Below are positions 1-11,955 of a stretch of 64,000 nt of DNA, one piece after another. Source of the stretch: Amoebophrya sp. A120 (taxonomy: Eukaryota; Protista; Dinoflagellata). The number at the start of each line of letters is the position of its first letter. Position 1 is the stretch's first letter. The stretch covers positions 2,792,054 through 2,856,053 of the forward strand of contig CAJINV010000005.1 in assembly GCA_905178155.1 (NCBI GenBank), given 5' to 3'. The notes beneath the pieces were generated by a model. It was given only the letters and a program-made list of their open reading frames with translations, did not search any database and was not told the origin of the DNA. A program made the translations under genes and the position numbers.

Positions 1-3000
1 AGCGCGGTTGTTACTCATGCTGCGCGCCAGGGGGGAGATTTACCGTCGGGTTTCTCTAGACATTTTCAACCTGCGCTGGGACCCGGTCGCGTTCGCGTTT
101 TTCGCAATGGAACTCGCGTTCCAATTTGCGCCCGACAACGACGACCGAATGGCGAAGCTGAATTTGGTGCAGCGGTTGATGGCCGGGTTCGAGGGACGGA
201 GGAGATGTTTCGGCTTCCGGGAATCGATTGTGGATGATTTGGTCCGCGAAAAGAGAGCAGCAAGTCGTGATAAGGACCTATCACAGCACCAAAATCTCCC
301 CGCCCGCCCCCTGCGCCTGAAACTCGCGTCCCCGTTCTGGGACGTGCTCGCCTTCGCTTGGGGTTTGCCAATGTACTTTGTCGAGGTTGCTCTCGATTGG
401 CAACGGGAGGAAGTTGCAAAGATCGACGAGGTCGAAAGGCGAATCGCGGATACCCCGGGAGCGTTAGTGAGCAAGAAAAGCGTACGGCTGCTGGAAAAGA
501 GGTGCAATTTGGTCTTTTGCAAGACGTTCCAAACGCCAAACAACGAGAACTGCAAGTGCGAAACCTGGTTTCCGAGCATATTAGCGGGAAGGAAATGGGC
601 GTCGACGTCGGCGTCGCACTCAACACAGCTCGCAACAACAGCAGCGCAGGCACAACTGATAACGCCAAACAAAATCTGCATCTTCGTGACCGATACACGC
701 CCGATCAACGTAGACCTTCGGTACATCACATCAGTTACCTCGACCGACGAGTGGTGGAGCTTGGCCTACGGTATCAATTTCCTCTACGCGAAGGAGCACG
801 ACTACCGGATAGAAAGGCATCTACGCAAGAGAAATTTACTGCACATGCACAAGAAAGTGCATCACAAGATATGGCAACGACCTCTACGAGAGCGAATCTG
901 TAGGTGTAATGCGGAATGAGGTTGAAGTAAATAAATTAAAAAAAAGTTTTGTCATGCCATTGCCACCATGTCTATCTCTATGTACATGCTGGAGTGCAGA
1001 AAAATATCCTGTGGATAGCACCGGGCGGAGTTGCACAAGGAAGTAGCGGACGGGAACGGGGAGACGGACAGCCTGAACCGCTGGAAAAACGACCCGAGCC
1101 GGAAGGTGGGCTGGGCGAAAATGAACATCATGCTCAGGCGGCTGCAGGAAATGGGCGAAAGCACGTGCGAGTACGGGGTTTCGATGGATAGCGACGCGTG
1201 GTTCAAGACGAATGAACCTCTGTCCAACATTGTGGACTACTTCATGAGGTTTTACTCGAAGCCGAGAACTAGTGGTGGTCCAGTCACGCGAGGGACGCCG
1301 GCAGAACATCAAAACCAAAATGTTCCACCCTCCGGTGAAAGTGAAATCGAAAAGCCTTCTGCTGGTCTTCCAAATCTCGTGCTGACCCCGATGCACGGCA
1401 ACGTCCAGTTCGTGAAGGACACCTATGCAGCACAACATGTTGCGGGAACATTTTCTACTACTCAACAAGAAAATCTTCATCCGAAATTATACGATTTCGT
1501 GAAAGCGGACCACGAGATCAAGTTTTTTATCGCTCAGGAGCTGGATGCGCACGCACCCGCGAAGGACCAGGTTGTTTGGAATGTGGACAAGAAAGACCCG
1601 CGGAACCGAAAGATTCTCTCCTTCGACGTGGAGTTGCAGGAGGAAGTGAAGGGCTTTGTTCCGAGAGAACAGGTGGAGCTGACGAAGGCACAGGAATATG
1701 TTGCTACGTCTATCGCGGAGGAACAAACGGTAACAACCGGATCAGCGGAGGAATCGTCGGGAGGAAGGACGAGGGGTTCTTCCGTAGAGGATGCTCTCTC
1801 AGGGGACCGGCAAGGCGAAGAACCCCGACGTGCAGAAGAAGATGAACAGGTACCGACTTTTCAACAAGCGCAGTCTTCGCCCTACCACCCGCAGTCGCAG
1901 TCTTCCTTCAAATCCCACGGCAGCCGGCGGGGTAACGGCGGGTTTTTCGTTGTGAAAAACGTTACAAACGGCCACCCCTGTTAACACAATCGGGGGGAAA
2001 TGCTTCCAATAATCCTCCGAAATCCTTCCAGCACCCGGCAAAGTTCGCGGCGCCCCAGCCCTGAGTGCAGCCGGGCGGCCTTCTTGTTTTTCTGCCCTGG
2101 GACAGGCAGCCCACCGCGGCAGGGTGGCGTAGACAGTCACAGTAGCCCGAGGCGTGGAGCGCAGCCGCTCGCTGTAGGGCTTGCGCCCCTTTGCCACCTT
2201 AAACCAGGGCCGGAAATCGGGCGAGTTGCGCCCCCTTGCCCCCTGTGTTGTGCACTACAGCGGAACGAACTTAACGAAAGGCCGAGGCAGGCTTCCCAGC
2301 AAGCCTGCCGCGCCCGGAGGGGGCCGGCCCGCGGCCTGAGAAGATGCTGCCGCCGGGCCGTAATGGGTTGCTTGTGGAAGGACCCGCGGCTCGCGGAGTG
2401 CGTCGCCAGCCGACAGCTGTCCCTGAAGAGGGCCAACAGAAAATCCTTCCGAAGGGACCGCCGGAAGGGCTTCCGGAATGCCCTCGAAAATCCTTCCCGA
2501 GGCTTCCGGAAATCCTTCCGGAATCCTTCCGAAATGCTTCCGAAATCCTTCCGAGATCCTTCCGCCGGCGGTATGGTCGACCCACCCTCCTGGGCGAAAG
2601 GGAAATCGAAAACTTTTTTTTTCTGAAAAAAGCAATTTGTAATGCGGCAAATGCTTCCGAAATGCTTCCGAAATCCTTCCCAAATCCTTCCGAAATCCTT
2701 CCCCTTATCCTGTTTCGCGGTCACAACTTTTTTGCTTCTCTTTTGCTTTTTTTTTTCGCCAAAAAAGCAGCTTCGCCTGGAAGGATTTCGGAAGGATTTG
2801 GGAAGGACTTTTCAGCCAAGGCGCCACTTTTTCGCCAGGCAGCGCGCGGCCTACCTCGCACACCTGCACCCGGCCGCCCGTCCGGCACCTGGCTACCTGC
2901 CTGGCCCGGAGTTCATTCTGGTTGTGCCCTTCCCCTCTGGTGTCCCAGCAGGCCACCTACAGGGCGCCGCCGAATGTGGGCAAGTTGCTTGGTGGGGCGG

Positions 3001-3813
3001 CGCATCTCGATAGGCATCGCCTCGCTTGCGATGTTTGATTGGCGCTTTTTGCGGTTCGTAGTGCCATGCGGCTCAAAAATTGAGCCCGGCGCTACGGCGC
3101 TCTTAAGTCTGTTCTCCGCCTGCAAATCGATGTGGCCGCAGCCACAATTGGCCCGACATAGATAGATGGCCCCACAGCTTCCAGGCTGTGGGCGCATTGA
3201 AAAGCTGGGGCGTTGAAAACATTTCGGAAGATTTTTGGAAGAATTTCCGCCGGCGGGGGAACGGCGGGTTTTTCATTGTGAAAAACGACGAGGAGGGGCG
3301 GGAAATTCTGAAGGCGTGGTACGATTCCGTGGACGAGTTCCCGGAGGAGCTCGGCGTATACAAAAACCGGCACTCGCAGGGCCTCAACCGGTGCTTCGAT
3401 ACGGCGGTGCGGGAAAAATACCAGCTATGCAATACAAATTTCCCGTACAACATGTACAAGATGCATCACAAATTTCGCCAGTTTGGGCGGATCTAACACT
3501 TGTCATGCTAAACTAGTTATCGAAGAACTGAACAGCTTTGATGTTATGCTGAGACTGCATCTGTACGAACGTGTACCTACGGAAAATTTGCTGTGGATAC
3601 CAGTCGAAAATCGCCTACGGGCCCCCGGAGTTTTTCACGGGGCCAAGGGCGAAGTTGGTAGAGCACAATTGGTTCAAGAAGCAGGACAAAATCCTGCCGG
3701 ACTTGAAGGAGAGGTTTCTGCAAAGGGTGCAGGCAAAGCTGGACTGCATCGTGTGCCACGAAAATTTTGGGGAGGCACTGGAAAAGATAGAATTCACGTA
3801 TTTTGATGCGTGA
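1..3813 (+). CDS. GT34-like (GMA12/MNN10-type) glycosyltransferase, multi-exon, probably 5'-truncated
   Basis: Motifs YAKEHDY, GWAK, DxD (MDSDAWF) and NGGFFIVKN...ILKAW. A continuous frame is obtained by removing 822-1022, 1962-3287 and 3426-3604; stop at 3813. Confidence 0.7.
822..1017. mobile_element. Degenerate introner-like hairpin element
   Basis: Flanked by gcatc/gcacc; degenerate inverted ends (right end tgtggata); removal gives ERHRAELHK in frame. Confidence 0.7.
1962..3248. mobile_element. 1.3-kb foldback-like insertion flanked by a 39-bp duplication of exon sequence
   Basis: Direct repeat 1923-1961 / 3249-3287 (2 mismatches); inverted repeats ~1996-2028 / 3217-3248; internal gaaatccttcc tandem arrays at 2440-2560 and 2650-2810. 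Confidence 0.8.
3426..3599. mobile_element. Introner-like element
   Basis: tat...ata ends, TSD ccagc/ccagt; removal gives KYQSKIAYG. Confidence 0.8.
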
Positions 3814-4187
3814 TTTTATTTATGTGATTGTCGTCCCAGCATCTAGCGTTGGGTTGAAGAATAAAAAGCTGCTGCACCAGCGGCAAAGTCAACGGACGTA
3901 TTGTTCAATGGCTAGGGGGGACCGTTTCCTATCCGTGTGAGGCTACACCTGTATCCCTCCGCGCGGGGGGATGAAGGCGATGCGGGGAGCGTAGGCTTCA
4001 GCTCCCATAGACAAGCATCACTGTTCGTTATCGTTGTGCACTTCCGCCGTGGTGTCTTTGTTCTCAGTTGCTTTTTTCCTGCAGTGGCGCTTTACTTTTC
4101 AAATTTGTAATTCTAGTCTCGTACCACCTAGCAAGTATTTCTTCACAAACACCAAAGTCGTCTTCGTTCCTTATCAACTCGCCAATT

Positions 4188-6755
4188 ATGCAGCCTCCCA
4201 GAAGAAAATGTGCGTGCCTGTTTCTCCTCCTCGTCTCTGCTTTTCCCTCGTCGGCGGTTTCGGATGCTGCATTTGCGAGCCGGCGTAACGGCGACGACCG
4301 TCACGTGACTCTCTCCGTGGCGGCGAAAGCGAAGTGGGTCCATCCGGCTTTCGAGCGACACACCACGCATCAGTGTCCTGTGGTTTCATCCGGCCGTCGT
4401 GCACCAGCATCAGCCAAAAACTTCTTGACCTGCGAGTACGTACCGTTGAAAACAAACGGAAGCAAGAAACTACCCGATCTATCGTCGCCTGCTTCGAATA
4501 AAACGGCTTTCTTCGGGGAACTAGCAACCCGGGATATCCTGATCTTCAGTTGCGGGGACGCGTTCGATGTATCTGAGTACCAAGAATACGTCGCTCAAAA
4601 GGAGAAAGATGAGAAAAAGGAACCGCAACTCTGGGCAGTTGCCCATCGAGAGAATTCTATGCGGCCGAACAACCTGCTGGAGAAGTTTTTTGCACCGCCG
4701 GAAAAATTCAAGCGCGTTGTCTCCATTTTCAGCGACCCGCGAGCGACCGTCTTGTGGAGCGACCTGTACTTCTTGCCGCGCCCAAAAAATCCCGCGAAGC
4801 AGAAAATGGTAGAACTGCAATTAGCGCATTCTGTTGGTGGTCATGCTAGTACATCAACATCATCACAGGAGGAGTTGTTGTCAGAGATGTTGACTACGAC
4901 CACTACGAGAGACTACGTTCCCTTGCCGAGCTTCTTGACTTTCCTGGACACTCCGACGTACGAAGAAATAGAGCAAAGACTCGCACGACAAAAGGAAGCC
5001 AAATTGCAAGCTGCAGGGGAGGACCACCACGACGACCAGGATCACCAGCAAGAACTCCCCGTGCTCTACATCTCTCGCAAGTTCGGGATGTCTTCGAACC
5101 GGGACTACTGGGCCCGCGGTCTGCAAAAACAGAAGCGTCTGCACTCGCGGGGAGAGTGTTTTTTGCGGAGCGAAAAAGACTACATGGACCCCGTCATCCG
5201 GCGGAAAAACTCGCTGAAAATGGACTGGCTCGAGCGCTACAGAGATCCAAGGTACTACAAACAAGTCGACGTGAGTGGCCGGAGCCTGGTGGCGGAAGAT
5301 GCTGATAATGATCTTCAAGAGTTTGCTCTTTCTGATGCTTCTTCAGCCAGCAGTACAACCACATTTTCTTCCAGCAAAAAAAACGCAACGACCACCGCAT
5401 TCCGCGCTCCGCTCTACAAATTCTACCTCTCCGGCCACAACACGAATTGCCGCCACTATGCGGACGAGAAACTGGTGAAGCCGTTTTTTCACGGGTTGGT
5501 ACCTGTGGTCGTTGGTGTAAGCAGGGAAGATTTGGTACTTGTCACGCCCCAAAACAGCTTTATTCACGTGGACGATTTCGAAAACGTGGAAGTTTTGGGA
5601 CAGTATTTGGACTACTTGAGCCAAAACGACACGGCCTATCTGGAGTACCATCAGTGGAGGAAAGTGGTCGACTTGGTCGACTACAAAAACGACAAATTCC
5701 CCTGCGCATTCTGCCAGGCGGTAGTCGCCAGTCGGGAGGGCGGTGCGAACCAGGAGCTCAACCCCTGGGCGGTGCATCACGAAATGTTGCGGGAAAGACT
5801 AAGACAGACGGCAGCTACTGCATCAACCTCGGTAGGTGGAGTTGTTGACAATCTGGACGCGAACTTGCACTGTATGGTTGACGGATTGCTGAGAAACGGA
5901 TCTTTCTCCCACTGCCCTGCAGGAGGGCGCAGGCGACCTATGGATCCTTTCGTCCGGGGAAGCGACAATGAGCAGAAAGCGGAAAATGAAAAAGCTTCTG
6001 AACCAAGCACAGAAATCGATACGGAGCGCTACTGGAGTGAGCTCGACTTTGCCCGCCAGGCAAACGACGAGATCCGCCCGGACGAAACCCGACCGGACTG
6101 GGAGTGGAGAAGACAAAGGCAAAGCACAACCGCCGCTACACAAGAAGAAGAACGACCAATAAAGTCTTCTGAACCATCGAGCAGCGGAGTGGTACAGAAC
6201 AGCAGTAGGTTACGAGCCCAGCAAGAGCGGTTTGACCGGGCGTTCTCGACAAAAGACGCCCGCTTCCCGCAGGGTTACGCGGTGTATGAAGATGACAAGG
6301 ATGAAGAGCCCGAGTTTGCACGAGAATGGGCGGTGATGCGGGATGATGACTGCGTGCCGGCGGCGTGGGATGGGGTCGAAGGGCAGGAGGACGCGGAGAT
6401 GAAGAGGGAAAATCGTCTTAGTAGCCAGAACGAAGATTCATCAGAATTGCATGTTGATGATGTTGAGTATCAGGCTACACCACTTCCAAGGAACAAACCT
6501 GATGAGCAAGCGGGTGCTACGGGACAACAAGAAATCAAGCGCGTATCTTCACAAGACGAGGACGAAGAAGCAAATTTCTATGAAGTAGATCAAAATCAAT
6601 TTCCCTTTGCAGTTCCAAAGTCCACAACTTCGACCAAAATCTGTTTCCCGCTTCTACCGATTTGTTCTATTCGAGCCTCCCTTCGGTCGTGGTCTTCAAG
6701 CACATCACGCAACTCTGCTGGCGGACAAAGCGCGGGAAAAGCACTGCGGCTATGA
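4188..6755 (+). CDS. GT10 alpha-1,3-fucosyltransferase-like protein
   Basis: YKFYLSGHNTNCRHYADEKL...VPVVVG...SFIHVDDF...YLEYHQWR resembles the alpha-1,3-FucT motif; hydrophobic N-terminus after ATG 4188. The C-terminal end may be spliced differently. Confidence 0.85.
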   Translation: MQPPRRKCACLFLLLVSAFPSSAVSDAAFASRRNGDDRHVTLSVAAKAKWVHPAFERHTTHQCPVVSSGRRAPASAKNFLTCEYVPLKTNGSKKLPDLSSPASNKTAFFGELATRDILIFSCGDAFDVSEYQEYVAQKEKDEKKEPQLWAVAHRENSMRPNNLLEKFFAPPEKFKRVVSIFSDPRATVLWSDLYFLPRPKNPAKQKMVELQLAHSVGGHASTSTSSQEELLSEMLTTTTTRDYVPLPSFLTFLDTPTYEEIEQRLARQKEAKLQAAGEDHHDDQDHQQELPVLYISRKFGMSSNRDYWARGLQKQKRLHSRGECFLRSEKDYMDPVIRRKNSLKMDWLERYRDPRYYKQVDVSGRSLVAEDADNDLQEFALSDASSASSTTTFSSSKKNATTTAFRAPLYKFYLSGHNTNCRHYADEKLVKPFFHGLVPVVVGVSREDLVLVTPQNSFIHVDDFENVEVLGQYLDYLSQNDTAYLEYHQWRKVVDLVDYKNDKFPCAFCQAVVASREGGANQELNPWAVHHEMLRERLRQTAATASTSVGGVVDNLDANLHCMVDGLLRNGSFSHCPAGGRRRPMDPFVRGSDNEQKAENEKASEPSTEIDTERYWSELDFARQANDEIRPDETRPDWEWRRQRQSTTAATQEEERPIKSSEPSSSGVVQNSSRLRAQQERFDRAFSTKDARFPQGYAVYEDDKDEEPEFAREWAVMRDDDCVPAAWDGVEGQEDAEMKRENRLSSQNEDSSELHVDDVEYQATPLPRNKPDEQAGATGQQEIKRVSSQDEDEEANFYEVDQNQFPFAVPKSTTSTKICFPLLPICSIRASLRSWSSSTSRNSAGGQSAGKALRL

Positions 6756-7198
6756 AATGACGATCGCTCATTCTCACGATCGACATTTATTTCCGATCAC
6801 CTTTTTCGAAAGTTTTTTGCAAAGATGAAGAAAGAGCCTGCGTTCTTCCCTCATTCACTCTCACATACAACCACGGAAATCACACATTTAGTACTTGACG
6901 AGTATGAGCAAATAGAGTACAAGCGCTACTAAGTAGATGTAGATCCGTGCCTACCGGGCCAATTTTTTTTTGTGTAGTGGGTCGACGTAAGTTCAAGTCG
7001 CAATAGTTTGTCCGATCAAGTCCAAACGGTTCTTGTTTAGATGCCGGCGTGCGCTGTAAGGGTAACTGCTTAACTGGGACAGGGACTTATTGCGTTTCAT
7101 AAGAACCGAGTGTAAGAAAAGACCACCTCCTGGCGCAGCTGGCTTATCGTATACATACGAGCTTGACTCGAGTTTAGGCGTTGGTACGTAGGTACAAA

Positions 7199-10100
7199 AT
7201 GAGCAACCAGAGCGGTACCTCGCCCCTCGTTGGAACTTCAAGTTCTACTTCCTCCACGTCTCGGCCGCGAAACACAACAAGAAAGGACGATGGTTCTAAG
7301 AACCTCACGGCCTCTGAAGGAGACACCGCTGGTGCATCCAAAGATCCTCCTATTCAGTACCACGCGTCGCGAACCAGCACCATCACCGCCGTTTCCGAGA
7401 CCAGTCCCCGGCAGGACTCGGCGGAAGCGGAGACCGAGGCGATCCTGCACGACTTGCAGAGCGAGGATTTGCGAAGCTTCCACATAAGACTCAAGGGAAA
7501 CGAGAACGAGAGATTCGAGGTGGGTTCCTCCTCCGCGACGAGTGGACTGACCTCGTCCATCGAAAGCTCGGAGAAGAGCGACGTGTTGTCTTCCCCCGGC
7601 TTGCTGTCGCCGCAGGACGACCAGAATATGGGCGGAGGCGGTTCTCGGTTGCTGGTGGAGAAAAACGGTAAAGAGACCGTGGTCACCGCGTTTCATACAA
7701 CTGGCCGCGTTGTTGAGGGCGGGACAAAATCACCTCGTCCAGGACATCAGCCGGATCTATTGGACGATAACCACACAGCGATATTCGACCGCGAACGCGC
7801 CGACCGCGAAGTCGCAGCGGAGTTGCAGAGACAGAAGAACAGTGAGGACAGAGCAATTTCCGGGTCACCCCAGCAGGAGCCGCCTGAGCGCAACCCGAAA
7901 GTGGACAGCCAACTACCAGGAGAGCCACAATCCACACCTGTCGTCGCTGAAGACGACCCGCACGCGCCGCCCGAGTCAGAATTGCGAAAAAGGCGCGGCA
8001 TTAGGAGCACAACAGCAGGCAGCTCGAACCGCCCCGCATCGCCCACGAACTCTGCGGTGGAGAAGGAGAAGATAAAGCAGAGCCTCTTCCATCCCTTGCA
8101 ACAAACCCCCCTTCCGGTGAGGAGACGCAGCAGTACGCACGAGCATCAGCATTTGGACAGATCTTCCGGCTCCGATAATTTGAAGCCCAGGATCAGATCC
8201 GCCTCGAAAGACTCCGTGCAGCAAAATCATGCTGTCGGGCCCCAAATAACCAGCGCCCGTGCCCGCTCTGCGACGAAGGATTTCAGCTCTTTGAAAACTC
8301 AGCCGAAGCCGCATTTAGCACCCGCGCCCAGTCCGACAGGCGGGCTGTTTCCGACGGAGAGGGGGTCCAGGGCGTTCTGGCTCCTTTGGCTCGCTCTGGG
8401 ATTGTCCTCGACGTTGCAGGCGTTTGGGTTCTCCACGTTGACGTGTCAGTTGTCGGGGTGTTTCTGCGTCTTGCTGTGGATACAACGGAATATTGAGTTA
8501 ACCGTCATCGCGGTGGAACTGTTTCTCCACGTGCCGGGCATCTTCTTCCGCGAATTCCAGTCCCGGGGCGCGCACAAAATTCCGCAAGACGCATGCATTT
8601 TGTGCATCGCGCCGCACAACAACCAGGTATAGAGGATGTTTTTCTGCAAATAGTCCAGGTTTTCCAATTCTGTCTTGGTGCAGCGCGCTGGATACTTAGC
8701 CTTGTATCGATCTAGGTGGTTGAAGCCGAAAATCAGATTCTCGACATGGTTCTTGAATTGTCTTTATCGACACGAACACAAAAGTTTAAATAATGCTCTT
8801 TTCACAGTTCCTCGACCCGCTTGTAGTCGGCCGCGCCTGCCAAGGCCGCATCGCCGACCCGATTGGGTACGTCATCGCCGCCCATACGCTCCGCCGCCCG
8901 TACCTCGGTCACGTCGCGAAGCTGTTCGACCCCATACCCGTGGAGCGGCCGCAAGACAACGCTACAAAGCACTCGGTGAAGATAAAAGTGCAGGGGGATA
9001 GGGTTTTACTGCATCGAGAAGTTGACGAAGTTACGAAAACAACCGGCGACGAGGAAGATATAGCGAAAACGAAAGCCAAAACTTCTACCTCTTTCCACGA
9101 CATTCTGTCCCCGGGCTGGATGGTTATGTTTGGGCAGAAAAACCTCCAGAACGGCGTTGTCACGGAAGTCCTGGGCGAAACCGAGTTGAAACTGAAATTT
9201 CCAGTAACGCAGCAAACGGACGACGTCGTCGAGCTAAATTCCTTCAAAGTCGCCCCGGCGTCGGATTCCCGCGCGCTTCTCGACGCGTGCATCGATCGGT
9301 TGGACAAGCACCGGGTGGTTGGGATTTTTCCCGAAGGCGGGTCGCACGACAGGACGAGTCTGTTGGAGTTCAAGCCGGGTGTGTCCTTGCTGGCTTTGCA
9401 GGCCAGTGTGGAGCTGAAAAGACCAATTCCGGTTGTCCCGGTGGGGCTGAATTACTTCAAGGGGCATCAGGTAATGAGGTTGAAAAGAATTTTTTTTTTT
9501 CAGGTTGAATTATCGTAGAGATGGATGAAAACGTGCAGCAGCAGGTTTCATCTTCTAATCCTGCTTTTCCTGCACAGAGTCGCATAGCCGACTGTCATTG
9601 TTGATCCACATTAATTATTCACTGCCCTCTCACCCACCACAGTTTCGCAGCCGTGTTTTTGTGGACATTGAGGACGCGATTTACCCCTCCGAAAACCTGC
9701 TCCAAGATTATCTCGACCCGGATAAGCGCCGCAGCGCGGTGGCCACCTTTCTCAAGCAGATCACGAAATCGTTGAGGAACGTCACGACGGAGACAGACGA
9801 TTTCGAAACGCTGAAGCTCTACTGGGCCCTCCGGCGACTCTACCTGCCCCCGGGGCATCAGAAACTTTCTTTCGAACAGAAGCAAAAAATGACCCGCGCC
9901 TTCGCGGAGGGCTGGCCGCAGTTCAAGGAGATGCCGGAGATCCAGGAATTGTGTGCGCGGGTGAAGAAATACACGAGTCTCTTGCAGGACTACGGGATCC
10001 ACGACTACATGGTGGCGAAACTTTTCCCGAGGCATGCGGTAGTATCTTCTTCCGCAGCGGCGGACCAAGATGGAGAAGGCGGCACAGTATTTGAAAGCAA

Positions 10101-11127
10101 CTCCGTGGGCTCTGGCTCTGCTTCCCCCCCTTCCGATAGCGACAGAGGCAGTGCGATAAAAGAGCAGGATTTTCACTCTCATGCTCGCCGCGCAGCTGCT
10201 CCCGGTAGTAGTACTTCTACCGCTTCATCTTCATCATCTACCTCTAGCAACAACTCAGCCAACATTCGAGCCGGGTTGAGGTACACGTTAATCCACCGAG
10301 CGTTATTGTTACTCTCTTTCTCCCTGATCTGCATCCCCACCACGGTCCTCGCGTCCCCGGTGCTGCTGCTCTCCAACTACGTCGCGAAATCGAAGGCGAA
10401 GGAAGCGTTGTCGCGGTCCAACGTGAAAATCGCCGCCAGGGACGTGATGGGCAGCTGGAAGGTCTTGACCGCAATCGCCTTGGTGCCGGCTTTGCACTTT
10501 CTCTACACGTATTTCGTGTACACCACGGTGAACGAGGCGTATGGATTACTGTATCAAAAGGAAAAATCCCCCCTCCCCACATCAAAAGGAAGTTTCTGAT
10601 GCTGGAGTTGTGTACACAAATCAGGTCTGTCTTGCAGTAGAGGACTGCAAGCCCATTATATCAAACCTAAGTAGAAGGGTTTTGCCGTAGGCGCGGAGCA
10701 TGGCAAATGTGTACTCTGTAGGCCCCATGCATGCACTCTGCAGAAACCGCCTGCATAGTGCGGCGGAGTCGCTGGATTGGCCTTCTTGCAATACAGAGGC
10801 GATTTGTGTCCACGAATCAGCATCGCAAATTTTCAGAAGTGTCCCTTTTTGGTATGGGGAGGTGGGATTTTTCCTCACGATATACTGTTCTTCTTCTTCA
10901 TGCCGTTCGTCTACTTCTGGAGCCTGCTGATCGGAGAGAACGTTTTGCGGATCGCCAGGTCCATGAAGCCGCTGTTCTTGATTCTGTCCTCGCCCAGTTT
11001 GGTCGAGGAGCTGTACTTTTTGCGGAAAGATTGCGTGAAGCGGACGGTTCATGCGGTCGACGAACTCGGGTGGGGCTTGAAGGTGATCAACAGCGCTAGC
11101 CCGAATGTGAGTCTGATACAGGAATAG
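7199..11127 (+). CDS. Glycerol-3-phosphate acyltransferase (SCT1/GPT2-like)
   Basis: PHNNQ|FLDP across GT-AG intron 8627-8807; FPEGGSHDR; VPVGLNY; GT-AG intron 9471-9642; introner 10552-10882; C-terminal transmembrane segments. Confidence 0.9.
10552..10882. mobile_element. Introner-like element
   Basis: TSD tactg; tatc...gata ends with long imperfect inverted arms; removal gives YGLL|FFFFMP. Confidence 0.85.
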
Positions 11128-11955
11128 AGAAAGAAGTGAAGCAGACCAAATAAACTTAAACCTTTTCTTTCAGTCAGACCCTGGCGCGTCTCTCTCAGTC
11201 ATGAACGAGTCTGCCTTCGCAGCTGTAGCCGCGAAGCACAAGAGTACAAAAGCACGATAAGTGGCGGCGCCACTGCCCCCACAAAAAGAACATGACCGAA
11301 TTGAAATTTTCAGTCGGATCTGGTGGCTGCGGTTTTACATGTGCAGTATCGGCACATTTTTTGTTCCTTCATGCTGCAAAACAGGCTCGCTAATATTCGA
11401 TCTTTCCTCACGCGCCGTATCGAACGATTGGTCATCCTCATCGTCTTTTCGTAGACAATTTTCGTTACCACACAATCACGATCTCCAGTCGATTCGGTTC
11501 TTATTCGTGGGTCTATGTTCTAACTCGGCTTCACTATCGCACAGAGATCCTCCTCTTGATCTTCATTCGTCTATAGCAGTTTGGTTTCCGTTCGGGCTCG
11601 TCGGGGCGGGAAGATTGTGATAGCATTATCAGACGAAAGAGAAATGGGACATCGACGACGAAGCGAATCTCGGTAATTTTCAGCAACAAAATGGGGCTAA
11701 AATAGGTGAGAATGCCAACTCAAGTCAAGTGGATCATGATCAAAATGCGCAGTTCCCGGCGCAACATTTTGTGGCTGTTGTCATATTTCATGCGAAAAAG
11801 AACTCTAAATATAGCTCGACGAGTATCGAAATCGATCTAAGCCTCCCTCCTGTGGTCGTATGTCCTGTTTTTTCGTCAGTGTCTCGTCGTCACCCACCAT
11901 GATGGACATGTTCCCCTCGGCCCGGTATACTAGAAATTCTCATTTGTATTGCCAC

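Noticed and set aside
2000-3165. ORFs of 200-270 aa inside the foldback insert
   Set aside because: They are translations of 11-bp tandem repeats and GC-rich sequence with no domain signal.
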